Shown: positions 12,501-26,154 of the stretch, in pieces
How the letters are laid out: each line of letters begins with the position of its first letter
Position numbering within the stretch: the stretch's first letter is position 1
Source of the DNA: Eledone cirrhosa
Lineage: Eukaryota
Direction: 5' to 3'
Assembly: GCA_964016885.1 (NCBI GenBank)
Contig: OZ024742.1
Location: 153,574,001-153,638,000 of the forward strand
DNA length: 64,000 bases
Translations under genes and position numbers: made by a program
Notes under the pieces: generated by a model
What the model was told of the DNA's origin: nothing
Seen by the model: only the letters and a program-made list of their open reading frames with translations
The model's database searches: none

Positions 12501-15500
12501 TCTTCAGGACTACATATACAGTGCTTTTATCGAGAATGACACAGCTAGAGACTTATAGAATACTTAGCTGTGTACAGGAACTGGTTTGAAAGAGCGGTTG
12601 CCGGTCCGGCAGAAATTAGAAATTGGAATAAATGCTCTGAAATAGCGATATATATGTGAATATAGACATAGAATATTCGAAAATATTCTGTATGTTTATA
12701 ATAAACATTTTGAAGACCTAATCGCTATAGAATAGAATACGTCACGTATTACAATTAGATTCTCGATAAAAGCAAGGGAAGTAATCTACGCGTTTCATTC
12801 TTATTAGAAATCTTCAGGACTACATATCCAGTGCTTTTATCGAGAATGACACAGCTAGAGACTTATAGAATACTTAGCTGTGTACAGGAACTGGTTTGAA
12901 AGAGCGGTTGCCGGTCCGGCAGAAATTAGAAATTGGAATAAATGCTCTGAAATAGCGATATATATGTGAATATAGACATAGAATATTCGAAAATATTCTG
13001 TATGTTTATAATAAACATTTTGAAGACCTAATCGCTATAGAATAGAATACGTCACGTATTACAATTAGATTCTCGATAAAAGCAAGGGAAGTAATCTACG
13101 CGTTTCATTCTTATTAGAAATCTTCAGGACTACATATCCAGTGCTTTTATCGAGAATGACACAGCTAGAGACTTATAGAATACTTAGCTGTGTACAGGAA
13201 CTGGTTTGAAAGAGCGGTTGCCGGTCCGGCAGAAATTAGAAATTGGAATAAATGCTCTGAAATAGCGATATATATGTGAATATAGACATAGAATATTCGA
13301 AAATATTCTGTATGTTTATAATAAACATTTTGAAGACCTAATCGCTATAGAATAGAATACGTCACGTATTACAATTAGATTCTCGATAAAAGCAAGGGAA
13401 GTAATCTACGCGTTTCATTCTTATTAGAAATCTTCAGGACTACATATACAGTGCTTTTATCGAGAATGACACAGCTAGAGACTTATAGAATACTTAGCTG
13501 TGTACAGGAACTGGTTTGAAAGAGCGGTTGCCGGTCCGGCAGAAATTAGAAATTGGAATAAATGCTCTGAAATAGCGATATATATGTGAATATAGACATA
13601 GAATATTCGAAAATATTCTGTATGTTTATAATAAACATTTTGAAGACCTAATCGCTATAGAATAGAATACGTCACGTATTACAATTAGATTCTCGATAAA
13701 AGCAAGGGAAGTAATCTACGCGTTTCATTCGTATTAGAAATCTTCAGGACTATATATCCAGTGCTTTTATCGAGAATGACACAGCTAGAGACTTATAGAA
13801 TACTTAGCTGTGTACAGGAACTGGTTTGAAAGAGCGGTTGCCGGTCCGGCAGAAATTAGAAATTGGAATAAATGCTCTGAAATAGCGATATATATGTGAA
13901 TATAGACATAGAATATTCGAAAATATTCTGTATGTTTATAATAAACATTTTGAAGACCTAATCGCTATAGAATAGAATACGTCACGTATTACAATTAGAT
14001 TCTCGATAAAAGCAAGGGAAGTAATCTACGCGTTTCATTCTTATTAGAAATCTTCAGGACTACATATCCAGTGCTTTTATCGAGAATGACACAGCTAGAG
14101 ACTTATAGAATACTTAGCTGTGTACAGGAACTGGTTTGAAAGAGCGGTTGCCGGTCCGGCAGAAATTAGAAATTGGAATAAATGCTCTGAAATAGCGATA
14201 TATATGTGAATATAGACATAGAATATTCGAAAATATTCTGTATGTTTATAATAAACATTTTGAAGACCTAATCGCTATAGAATAGAATACGTCACGTATT
14301 ACAATTAGATTCTCGATAAAAGCAAGGGAAGTAATCTACGCGTTTCATTCGTATTAGAAATCTTCAGGACTACATATCCAGTGCTTTTATCGAGAATGAC
14401 ACAGCTAGAGACTTATAGAATACTTAGCTGTGTACAGGAACTGGTTTGAAAGAGCGGTTGCCGGTCCGGCAGAAATTAGAAATTGGAATAAATGCTCTGA
14501 AATAGCGATATATATGTGAATATAGACATAGAATATTCGAAAATATTCTGTATGTTTATAATAAACATTTTGAAGACCTAATCGCTATAGAATAGAATAC
14601 GTCACGTATTACAATTAGATTCTCGATAAAAGCAAGGGAAGTAATCTACGCGTTTCATTCTTATTAGAAATCTTCAGGACTACATATCCAGTGCTTTTAT
14701 CGAGAATGACACAGCTAGAGACTTATAGAATACTTAGCTGTGTACAGGAACTGGTTTGAAAGAGCGGTTGCCGGTCCGGCAGAAATTAGAAATTGGAATA
14801 AATGCTCTGAAATAGCGATATATATGTGAATATAGACATAAAATATTCGAAAATATTCTGTATGTTTATAATAAACATTTTGAAGACCTAATCGCTATAG
14901 AATAGAATACGTCACGTATTACAATTAGATTCTCGATAAAAGCAAGGGAAGTAATCTACGCGTTTCATTCTTATTAGAAATCTTCAGGACTACATATCCA
15001 GTGCTTTTATCGAGAATGACACAGCTAGAGACTTATAGAATACTTAGCTGTGTACAGGAACTGGTTTGAAAGAGCGGTTGCCGGTCCGGCAGAAATTAGA
15101 AATTGGAATAAATGCTCTGAAATAGCGATATATATGTGAATATAGACATAGAATATTCGAAAATATTCTGTATGTTTATAATAAACATTTTGAAGACCTA
15201 ATCGCTATAGAATAGAATACGTCACGTATTACAATTAGATTCTCGATAAAAGCAAGGGAAGTAATCTACGCGTTTCATTCTTATTAGAAATCTTCAGGAC
15301 TACATATCCAGTGCTTTTATCGAGAATGACACAGCTAGAGACTTATAGAATACTTAGCTGTGTACAGGAACTGGTTTGAAAGAGCGGTTGCCGGTCCGGC
15401 AGAAATTAGAAATTGGAATAAATGCTCTGAAATAGCGATATATATGTGAATATAGACATAGAATATTCGAAAATATTCTGTATGTTTATAATAAACATTT

Positions 15501-17990
15501 TGAAGACCTAATCGCTATAGAATAGAATACGTCACGTATTACAATTAGATTCTCGATAAAAGCAAGGGAAGTAATCTACGCGTTTCATTCTTATTAGAAA
15601 TCTTCAGGACTACATATACAGTGCTTTTATCGAGAATGACACAGCTAGAGACTTATAGAATACTTAGCTGTGTACAGGAACTGGTTTGAAAGAGCGGTTG
15701 CCGGTCCGGCAGAAATTAGAAATTGGAATAAATGCTCTGAAATAGCGATATATATGTGAATATAGACATAGAATATTCGAAAATATTCTGTATGTTTATA
15801 ATAAACATTTTGAAGACCTAATCGCTATAGAATAGAATACGTCACGTATTACAATTAGATTCTCGATAAAAGCAAGGGAAGTAATCTACGCGTTTCATTC
15901 TTATTAGAAATCTTCAGGACTACATATCCAGTGCTTTTATCGAGAATGACACAGCTAGAGACTTATAGAATACTTAGCTGTGTACAGGAACTGGTTTGAA
16001 AGAGCGGTTGCCGGTCCGGCAGAAATTAGAAATTGGAATAAATGCTCTGAAATAGCGATATATATGTGAATATAGACATAGAATATTCGAAAATATTCTG
16101 TATGTTTATAATAAACATTTTGAAGACCTAATCGCTATAGAATAGAATACGTCACGTATTACAATTAGATTCTCGATAAAAGCAAGGGAAGTAATCTACG
16201 CGTTTCATTCTTATTAGAAATCTTCAGGACTACATATCCAGTGCTTTTATCGAGAATGACACAGCTAGAGACTTATAGAATACTTAGCTGTGTACAGGAA
16301 CTGGTTTGAAAGAGCGGTTGCCGGTCCGGCAGAAATTAGAAATTGGAATAAATGCTCTGAAATAGCGATATATATGTGAATATAGACATAGAATATTCGA
16401 AAATATTCTGTATGTTTATAATAAACATTTTGAAGACCTAATCGCTATAGAATAGAATACGTCACGTATTACAATTAGATTCTCGATAAAAGCAAGGGAA
16501 GTAATCTACGCGTTTCATTCTTATTAGAAATCTTCAGGACTACATATCCAGTGCTTTTATCGAGAATGACACAGCTAGAGACTTATAGAATACTTAGCTG
16601 TGTACAGGAACTGGTTTGAAAGAGCGGTTGCCGGTCCGGCAGGAATTAGAAATTGGAATAAATGCTCTGAAATAGCGATATATATGTGAATATAGACATA
16701 GAATATTCGAAAATATTCTGTATGTTTATAATGAACATTTTGAAGACCTAATCGCTATAGAATAGAATACGTCACGTATTACAATTAGATTCTCGATAAA
16801 AGCAAGGGAAGTAATCTACGCGTTTCATTCTTATTAGAAATCTTCAGGACTACATATCCAGTGCTTTTATCGAGAATGACACAGCTAGAGACTTATAGAA
16901 TACTTAGCTGTGTACAGGAACTGGTTTGAAAGAGCGGTTGCCGGTCCGGCAGAAATTAGAAATTGGAATAAATGCTCTGAAATAGCGATATATATGTGAA
17001 TATAGACATAGAATATTCGAAAATATTCTGTATGTTTATAATAAACATTTTGAAGACCTAATCGCTATAGAATAGAATACGTCACGTATTACAATTAGAT
17101 TCTCGATAAAAGCAAGGGAAGTAATCTACGCGTTTCATTCTTATTAGAAATCTTCAGGACTACATATCCAGTGCTTTTATCGAGAATGACACAGCTAGAG
17201 ACTTATAGAATACTTAGCTGTGTACAGGAACTGGTTTGAAAGAGCGGTTGCCGGTCCGGCAGAAATTAGAAATTGGAATAAATGCTCTGAAATAGCGATA
17301 TATATGTGAATATAGACATAGAATATTCGAAAATATTCTGTATGTTTATAATAAACATTTTGAAGACCTAATCGCTATAGAATAGAATACGTCACGTATT
17401 ACAATTAGATTCTCGATAAAAGCAAGGGAAGTAATCTACGCGTTTCATTCGTATTAGAAATCTTCAGGACTACATATCCAGTGCTTTTATCGAGAATGAC
17501 ACAGCTAGAGACTTATAGAATACTTAGCTGTGTACAGGAACTGGTTTGAAAGAGCGGTTGCCGGTCCGGCAGAAATTAGAAATTGGAATAAATGCTCTGA
17601 AATAGCGATATATATGTGAATATAGACATAGAATATTCGAAAATATTCTGTATGTTTATAATAAACATTTTGAAGACCTAATCGCTATAGAATAGAATAC
17701 GTCACGTATTACAATTAGATTCTCGATAAAAGCAAGGGAAGTAATCTACGCGTTTCATTCTTATTAGAAATCTTCAGGACTACATATCCAGTGCTTTTAT
17801 CGAGAATGACACAGCTAGAGACTTATAGAATACTTAGCTGTGTACAGGAACTGGTTTGAAAGAGCAGTTGCCGGTCCGGCAGAAATTAGAAATTGGAATA
17901 AATGCTCTGAAATAGCGATATATATGTGAATATAGACATAGAATATTCGAAAATATTCTGTATGTTTATAATAAACATTTTGAAGACCTA
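9522..17990 (-). repeat. Tandem array of 310-bp hammerhead-containing monomer, about 27.3 copies (HHR on minus strand)
   Basis: aatgctctga recurs at 9531+310n through 17901; copies nearly identical; one HHR per complete unit. Confidence 0.97.
9681..9723 (-). ncRNA. Type I hammerhead ribozyme, first of 27 minus-strand copies (period 310, last at 17741-17783)
   Basis: Minus: guaguc CUGAAGA u-uucu-aaua-agaa-u GAAA cgcg UA gauuac; 6-bp stem I, extended by the 16-bp inverted repeat 9659-9674/9732-9747. Confidence 0.8.
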
Positions 17991-19206
17991 ATTTATTCCA
18001 ATTTCTAATTTCTGCCGGACTGGCAACCGCTCTTTCAAACCAGTTCCTGTACACAGCTAAGTATTCTATAAGTCTCTAGCTGTGTCATTCTCGATAAAAG
18101 CACTGGATATGTAGTCCTGAAGATTTCTAATAAGAATGAAACGCGTAGATTACTTCCCTTGCTTTTATCGAGAATCTAATTGTAATACGTGACGTATTCT
18201 ATTCTATAGCGATTAGGTCTTCAAAATGTTTATTATAAACATACAGAATATTTTCGAATATTCTATGTCTATATTCACATATATATCGCTATTTCAGAGC
18301 ATTTATTCCAATTTCTAATTTCTGCCGGACCGGCAACCGCTCTTTCAAACCAGTTCCTGTACACAGCTAAGTATTCTATAAGTCTCTAGCTGTGTCATTC
18401 TCGATAAAAGCACTGGATATGTAGTCCTGAAGATTTCTAATAAGAATGAAACGCGTAGATTACTTCCCTTGCTTTTATCGAGAATCTAATTGTAATACGT
18501 GACGTATTCTATTCTATAGCGATTAGGTCTTCAAAATGTTTATTATAAACATACAGAATATTTTCGAATATTCTATGTCTATATTCACATATATATCGCT
18601 ATTTCAGAGCATTTATTCCAATTTCTAATTTCTGCCGGACCGGCAACCGCTCTTTCAAACCAGTTCCTGTACACAGCTAAGTATTCTATAAGTCTCTAGC
18701 TGTGTCATTCTCGATAAAAGCACTGGATATGTAGTCCTGAAGATTTCTAATAAGAATGAAACGCGTAGATTACTTCCCTTGCTTTTATCGAGAATCTAAT
18801 TGTAATACGTGACGTATTCTATTCTATAGCGATTAGGTCTTCAAAATGTTTATTATAAACATACAGAATATTTTCGAATATTCTATGTCTATATTCACAT
18901 ATATATCGCTATTTCAGAGCATTTATTCCAATTTCTAATTTCTGCCGGACCGGCAACCGCTCTTTCAAACCAGTTCCTGTACACAGCTAAGTATTCTATA
19001 AGTCTCTAGCTGTGTCATTCTCGATAAAAGCACTGGATATGTAGTCCTGAAGATTTCTAATAAGAATGAAACGCGTAGATTACTTCCCTTGCTTTTATCG
19101 AGAATCTAATTGTAATACGTGACTTATTCTATTCTATAGCGATTAGGTCTTCAAAATGTTTATTATAAACATACAGAATATTTTCGAATATTCTATGTCT
19201 ATATTC

Positions 19207-19212
<6 letters not shown>
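17991..19212 (+). repeat. Inverted arm of the 310-bp array, about 3.9 copies (HHR on plus strand)
   Basis: Reverse complement of the monomer starting at 17991, 18301, 18611 and 18921; ends in (TA)n at attcacatatatat. Confidence 0.97.
18111..18153 (+). ncRNA. Type I hammerhead ribozyme (also 18421-18463, 18731-18773, 19041-19083)
   Basis: gtagtc CTGAAGA tttctaataagaat GAAA cgcg TA gattac; predicted cleavage after GUA at 18147. Confidence 0.8.
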
Positions 19213-19237
<25 letters not shown>

Positions 19238-19416
19238 AGTAAGTAAGTAAAAAATTTTTTAAAAATTTTTTTAAAAGATATCTTCTTATTTTACGTCTTT
19301 TATATTATTGTTCTGCACCCTCCTGCATTGAACCACCTAGGTACTATGACATAACCTGTGTATTTGCTGGCATGGACGTACATCTGTGCGCCTATGTTAG
19401 TTGATATATTAAATTA

Positions 19417-19452
<36 letters not shown>

Positions 19453-19454
<2 letters not shown>

Positions 19455-20256
19455 GTTTCTGAATTTGTTTAGCAAGATTCTTTATCTGAAAACGTGTGTT
19501 GAAACCGATATTGTTATACTTTGGGAGGGTCATGTTGCCAATAAGAAACACACGCACCAGTTATTTCACTTCAATTTATTATAAATTAAATTTTAAATTT
19601 CCGGTTGGTTGGTTGGTTCCACAGCCAAACGATTGTTCATATATTGTCAACGTTCTCTCGTCACACATTCTGTGACCTCTTCAGTGACTGGGGATTTTTT
19701 TCTTTGTTTTTGTGCCCCTCTCCTTTGTTCTGTCCTACACCATCTTGTTTTTGTGTGTGGTGTGTGCTTAGTTTGCGCATGTGTTACATCCGGGTGTCTG
19801 TGTGTGTTTATATTTGTTTATTTATTTGTTTATTTACATGTTACTGGTTGGTTGTTTGTTCTATGTGTGTGTGTGTTTTCATTTTGTCCTTAATTGTATG
19901 TTGTGATGTTGCTGTTCCATTCATGTTTTTTATTTAACATGTAAATAAACAAATAATTAAATAAATATAAACACTCAGACACCCGGATGTAACACATGCG
20001 CGCACTAAGCACACATCACACACAAAAACAAGATAGCGTAGGACAGAACAAAGAAGAGGCACAAACACAAATAAAATAATCCTCAATCACTGAAGAGGTC
20101 ACAGAATGTGTGATGAAAGAACTTTGACAATATATGAACAATCGTCTGGCTGTGGAACCAACCAACCGGAAAGTTATAAATTTAATTTATAATAAATTGA
20201 AGTGAAAGCAACTGGTGCGTGTGTTTCTTATTGGCAACATGACCCTCCCACAGTAT

Positions 20257-20262
<6 letters not shown>
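19453..20262. mobile_element. Head-to-head pair of PLE family B pseudo-LTR fragments, each with an HHR-like motif
   Basis: 19453-19930 is the reverse complement of the family B 3' end; 19935-20262 is forward; (TA)n on both sides; CTGAAGA...GAAA at 20090-20118. Confidence 0.85.
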
Positions 20263-20300
<38 letters not shown>

Positions 20301-20407
20301 ATATATTCACACACATAATATATATATATATATATATATATTGTCCATATCGAGCCCTCCTCGGATTTTAGTCTTTACAATTATTATTATTACTATATAT
20401 AGTAATA

Positions 20408-20596
20408 GGCGGTTGATTGGCAGTATCGGTAGAGAGTCGGACGTCATGCTTTGCAGCATAGTTACGTCCCTCTACGGTCTAAATTCAAATACCGCCGAGG
20501 TTCACTTTGCCTTTCATCCTTGTGGGGTCGATAAAATAAAGTACCAGTAATACACTGGAATAATTGCTGGCCTTGTGCCAAAAAGTAGAAACAATT
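20408..20596 (+). mobile_element. SINE family A, full length, with TSD
   Basis: A box TGGCAGTATCGG, B-box-like AATTCAAATACC; flanked by caattattatta(tta)ctatatata duplicates. Confidence 0.85.
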
Positions 20597-20635
20597 ATTA
20601 TTACTATATATATAAATATATAAATATATATATAT

Positions 20636-21469
20636 ATAAAGAATTCATATCTAGTAACATATATATATACATACATATGCATATCGATGCTAGCAAATAT
20701 ATAGGTTTTGTCTTAATAACATTGTGGTTCAATGCATGGGGTTGCAGAACAATAATATGAGAGACGTAAAATAAGAAAATTATAAAATTAACTTACTTAC
20801 TAAAATATCACTTCCAACTAATTATTTTCTGGAATGGAGTAAATATATTTTCCGTAGAAGATACAGATAAGCATTCTGTCGTTAGGAAAGTCTATTCTCG
20901 GATAAATTTCCAGGCAAAGCGAGGACTCTGGAAACTTACTAAAAAATAATTCAGTGGATAGGAAATAGCGAAGCGTGGACTGAATTCCTAGCCATTGAAA
21001 AAATCTCAGCCTCTGCGTCTGTGGCAAATTCAAAAAGAATCAAACACGTGACATCGAGGTCAATCAGTGGAAAGTGGTTCGCTATTAAGACAGCGGCCTG
21101 CCTACTACCATAGCAGCAGTCATGGCCAATATTGCTCGACAAATAATTTGGAGATAATTATAAAGAATTCATATCTAGTAACATATATATACATACATAT
21201 GCATATCGATGCTAGCAAATGTATAGGTTTTGTCTTAATAACATTGTTGTTCAATGCATGGGGTTGCAGAACAATAATATGAGAGACGTAAAATAAGAAA
21301 ATTATAAAATTAACTTACTAAAATATCACTTCCAACTAATTAGTTTCTGGAATGGAGTAAATATATTTTCCGTAGAAGATATAGAGAAGCATTCCGTCGT
21401 CAGGAAAGTCTATTCTCGTATAAATTTCCAGGCAAAGCGAGGACTCTGGAAACTTACTAAAAAATAATT
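20636..21469. repeat. Partial tandem duplication: about 315-bp direct repeat, period about 524
   Basis: 20636-20950 is near-identical to 21160-21469; part matches 19237-19345 in reverse. Confidence 0.9.
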
Positions 21470-21484
21470 GTTGATACTACTTTC

Positions 21485-21612
21485 CAACTGAGTATAGTGG
21501 AGCAATGTGAAATTAAGTGTTTTGCTCAAGAACAGAACACCCAGCCAATGAATCGAACCCACGACATTATGATCATAAGTCCGACACACTTACCATTAGG
21601 TTACATGCCTCC
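21485..21612 (-). mobile_element. CORE-type tRNA SINE fragment
   Basis: aagtgttttgctcaagaacagaac (reverse CORE-like) plus gaatcgaaccc (reverse B box). Confidence 0.6.
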
Positions 21613-21731
21613 ACACACATAGACAGGCAGACGCACACATGCACAAACACACTCCCACAAATATATCTATATCTATATCTATCTATCTATTTATCTATGT
21701 ACATACAATCATATATATATATATATATATA

Positions 21732-22620
21732 TATTGTTATACTTCGGGAGGGTCATGTTTCCAATAAGAAACACACGCACCAGCTGCCTTCACTTCAATT
21801 TTTCATAAATTTTATAAATTTTATCAATATATATTTTATAAATTTCCGGTTGGTTGGTTGGTTACACAACCGGATGGTTAATATATTGTCAAAGTTCTTT
21901 CGTCGCACATTATGTGATCTCTTCAGTGACTGGGGATTATTTCTTTGTGTTGTGCCTCTCCTTTGTTCTGTCCCACGCCATTTGGTTTTTTGTGTGTGTT
22001 TTGTGCTCATTTTGCGCATGTGTTACATCCGACTGTCTGTGTGTGTTTCTATTTGTTTATTTATTTGTTTATTTACTTGTTACTAGTTAATTGTTTGTTC
22101 TATGTGTGTGTGTTTTCATTTTGTCCTTAATTATAAGTCGTGATTTTGCTATTTCATTCATGTTTTCTATTTAATTTTGGCTGGAGTTCATTTATGTTTA
22201 TTGCCTCTGTGATTTGTCTAAGCATTGTGTATTTCTGTGTGTAGATTCCATTTTTATATCTAAGTTGCCCTTATGTTCTATTTTAGCATGTTAGTGGAGT
22301 ATTGATGAGACTTTTCTATCTTGGAGTTCTCGCCAGTGTTGATTTAATCGTTCTCCTATACTACGAGCTGTCTCACCTATGTAGATTATATTCTTATTTC
22401 TACATCGTCCCTCAGTACATCTTATGCTATTTACTGTTTCTAGCTTTACAGTTAATATGAAGGCATAGCTTACAGATTATTCATTTCTAATCTATACAGG
22501 GAGGTCTTTGAAAATGTTATGTATTATTAATTAGCGTTTTTATGGAGGTACCTGGTCTTTCCACTATCTTAATATTTAGTTTATCTAGGGCTCTTCTAAA
22601 TTTGTAAGCTCGTCCACCTA
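21732..22620 (-). mobile_element. PLE family B 3' fragment: decayed GIY-YIG plus pseudo-LTR with HHR
   Basis: Homologous in reverse to about 39360-40270; YIGETARSIGER remnant; HHR at about 21888-21930; followed by an inverted terminus at 22620-22730. Confidence 0.85.
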
Positions 22621-23342
22621 AATTGAAGTGAAAGCATCTAGTGAAAGCATCTTATTTGCAACATGACCCCGCAGAGTATAACAATATCTGTTTCAACACA
22701 CATTTTCAGATAAAGAATCTTGCGAAACAATTTATGTATGTGTGTGTGTGTGTGTGTGTGTCTGTATATATATCTATCTTTCCAAATCTAGAAAGTAATT
22801 TTTTTTTCTGTAATGATGTTTAATGTTGTAATATATTATATACTTATATTCTTAATTCTACATTCTGATCGTATAAACACGTCTTGATGTCAATCAAAAC
22901 TGATGTGTTATTCTTAATCTAATATTGATTTATTTTTTATGAAACCTTCATATAGTCCATCTTATCTATGGAATAAGTTTTCATCATTTCTGTAACCTTT
23001 TGCTTTTGAGACATAATTGTCTCATGAAATCGTACATTTGAAACCAGCACACTAAATCAAATATTACGAAGTCACATATAGGTTAGCATTATACCAAAAT
23101 GTTGGCAATTTCTCTCAATATCCCCTCCCCCTCTTTTTCTATATTTCCCTTACTCTCTCATTCTCACTTACAACCCCCCTCTCTCTCTCTCTCTAATTTC
23201 GTTTGTTCATGAATCAGAAGGAAAATGATAAACCAAAAGGTTTCTTACAGATTTGTAAAAGTTACTTTCAAAATTTAGAGTTATTTCAGTTAACTTATGT
23301 CATTATGATTGTTACTGAAGTGGCTTCTGCTATATCTCAGTG

Positions 23343-23390
<48 letters not shown>

Positions 23391-23391
23391 T
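23343..23391. repeat. (TAC)n microsatellite
   Basis: Seen directly. Confidence 0.95.
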
Positions 23392-24530
23392 ACAGATGAT
23401 GTAGAAATAGCAGGAAGTAGTTGATGTCTCTCCGCCAGTATGTTCGCAGTCAAATTCGACATGTTTGCATGGATCTTAAATCAATGAAATACTCGGGATT
23501 AGAATCGTTCTGTGGTGAACTTAATAAACTCACCTCCCATACCTCTGGAAATCGTTCGGGCGTATTTTGTCAAGGATAGATGAGAAATATCCAAAACAGT
23601 TATAAGCAAATTTTCTGGTAAGGTATAAGTAAATATCTACCTACTGTTCATTATAAATACTTCACGTATTTGCGAAAGTTTTAAAGAATTCATTTGAACA
23701 ACAAATATGATCAGAGGATTAAACACTGAAGCGAAATTTAATTTCCCAGCTTTGACTCACTATTTTGGACTTTGTTCTATAGTTGTCAATGGCCTGCACA
23801 TCTGTTAGCAGCTGAGCTACACGCAAGCAGGACTTTCATCTTTCTTACATCAATATATCAGCATGTTGTCGATGCCATAACTACCTTTATTCTATAGACG
23901 TTTCAATTACGAATAACACCTGCCCGGAGATGCTTAATTCAAACTTAACAAGTTAGTAGAAATCTTGTAAAATTTAGTAGCAAAAACAATGCTATATTTT
24001 GAAATGAATTCAATGTTAGTAAGCACAGGGAGCGCAGCGTTGCTAATGTGGTTTCGATATTTGCATGTGACGTTTTATTTACTGGAATCATTTTCCCAGT
24101 GTATCTAATTAGTACAAACTCAATACAAGTGGCATTATAAGAGTTACGCAGGAAAGGAATAACTCCAAATGATACAGTCAAAAGGGATAGACCCAAAATA
24201 ACATTCTAGTGCAGTGATGTGTTATATTTTAAGACACACACACACGCACACTCACACAGAAACACAGCCACATAAACACACCAACCACACAGAGACCCTC
24301 ATACACACACGCATACATATACATATGCAGAAATAAGGTGCAGTGCACCTTACTGCTGCATTAGTGCGGCAGAAACTCGAGTCCGGGTAACTTATAGGCA
24401 CCTGTTTTACGTGTGTTGTGTTGAGGGAAATAACTGTGTATACTCTGGTAATATATCTTACATTGCCCATTGAGTGCGCTGAGATACAACCGGTGCTGGC
24501 ATTGATAAATATGGTGGGTCCGTCAAACCT

Positions 24531-24559
<29 letters not shown>

Positions 24560-24566
<7 letters not shown>

Positions 24567-24690
24567 ATATTTGGGGAGGGTTATATTGTTATAATAATAT
24601 TGGTCAATATTATTACAACAATATGACCCTCCCCAAGTATAACAATATTTGTTTCGACACACGATTTCATATAAAAAACTTTGCAAACAC
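24560..24690. repeat. Palindromic pair of PLE family B-like termini between (TA)n tracts
   Basis: tattgttatatttggggagggttatattgttataataatattg / caatattattacaacaatatgaccctccccaagtataacaata. Confidence 0.75.
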
Positions 24691-24700
24691 ATATATATAC

Positions 24701-24811
<111 letters not shown>

Positions 24812-26154
24812 TACGGGATAACAGGTTATCGTTATAGGCAGTCCACTTAGATGTAGTCCAGTTAGAGTACTCCGTGTAGTGGTTGGTATTGACGTGTGGT
24901 TTGTTTCACTCAACATGACGTTTCCATAGTGATGCTGCGAGTTCGCGGTCAATTCTAAGTAGTTTATACTTGGAGTAATAATAATTCAAGAAAGAAGAGT
25001 GCCATGGTTTGCTATACAATAAGGGCTTTATTCACATTGTTGACAATTGTTTATTTGATCTGCTAGGTGTAGAGTTCGCTACTCGCTTGATGTTGCGTCA
25101 ATCGATCTCCAATACTTTGTTTATAATCAGTCGTTTTCATCAGAGCACGCGAGAGTGAGGAAGATACACAAGGCATGGCTTTTATAGAGGAGTGGTATTA
25201 AACAAGAACAATAATATCAATAATAAAATAACTAGATACTGAATAGTTAAAATAATAACATATATATAAGTAAGAAATAGGGTATAATGATGAATCTAGC
25301 ATATTACACGAACTGATATGATACAGATGTATGAAATTGACATCTGAAAACTGCTATAGAGTACATTAGATGTAGTGTTTAGGTGGTGAGGAGATAACTG
25401 ATAAAATGTACTTGGAGTCAGGATTGATTAGGTATATGCGTTTACTGTAGGGCTGAAAGCACGCTAGCAAGAAACTGGAGATTTATTTATTGTTTGACAG
25501 ATAGGCATTTTCGTTGTACTAATTTAGTGAGAATGATAGGGTGGGTGCAAAGAAATATATAGTTTATATGTGGTGTTAAGTGAAGTTGTAGATTCGTTAT
25601 TTAAGTGGCCTATTCTAAAAGTTGTGATTATTAGATCGAATCAAACATTAATAGAGACAATAAAAGTAATAAAATATAAAATATGAAAGGTAGATAGAGA
25701 GAACATGATGAATAATATTAGGGATACATTGAGATGATCATAATAATAATAAGAGAAAAATAAGAATTCAAGGAGTGTAGGAGTGATAAGATAATGTACT
25801 TAGAATTAAGTTCATCTGTTAGAGATCACGAGTGCTAATGTGAGATACGTAGATATAATTGTTTGGTCCGAAGGAGTAAAAAACAGCAAAGAAGGGATTG
25901 ATTTATGGGCTGACAAAATAGTTGTAGACATTACTGCCGCATCCTAATGGTATAGATTTAGGGAGGTTAGAAGGTGTTTATAGAAGATTGTGGTTCTGTA
26001 GTGGGCTGTGTGAGAATGTGGATTTCATATGTTAAATGCTAAGTAATTTTCCCTTAATATATATATATATATATTTATATATAGCTACACGTATATATAT
26101 ATATATATATTTATTTATAGCTACACGTATATGTATATATATATATATATGTAT

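Noticed and set aside
17815-18054. 79-aa ORF across the array inversion
   Set aside because: Chance product of the palindromic junction.
9522-19212. CRISPR-like array
   Set aside because: Whole 310-bp units repeat with no unique spacers; eukaryotic context and no cas genes.
23430-24200. Possible host exon or transposase fragment
   Set aside because: No recognisable domain or convincing splice-bounded frame.
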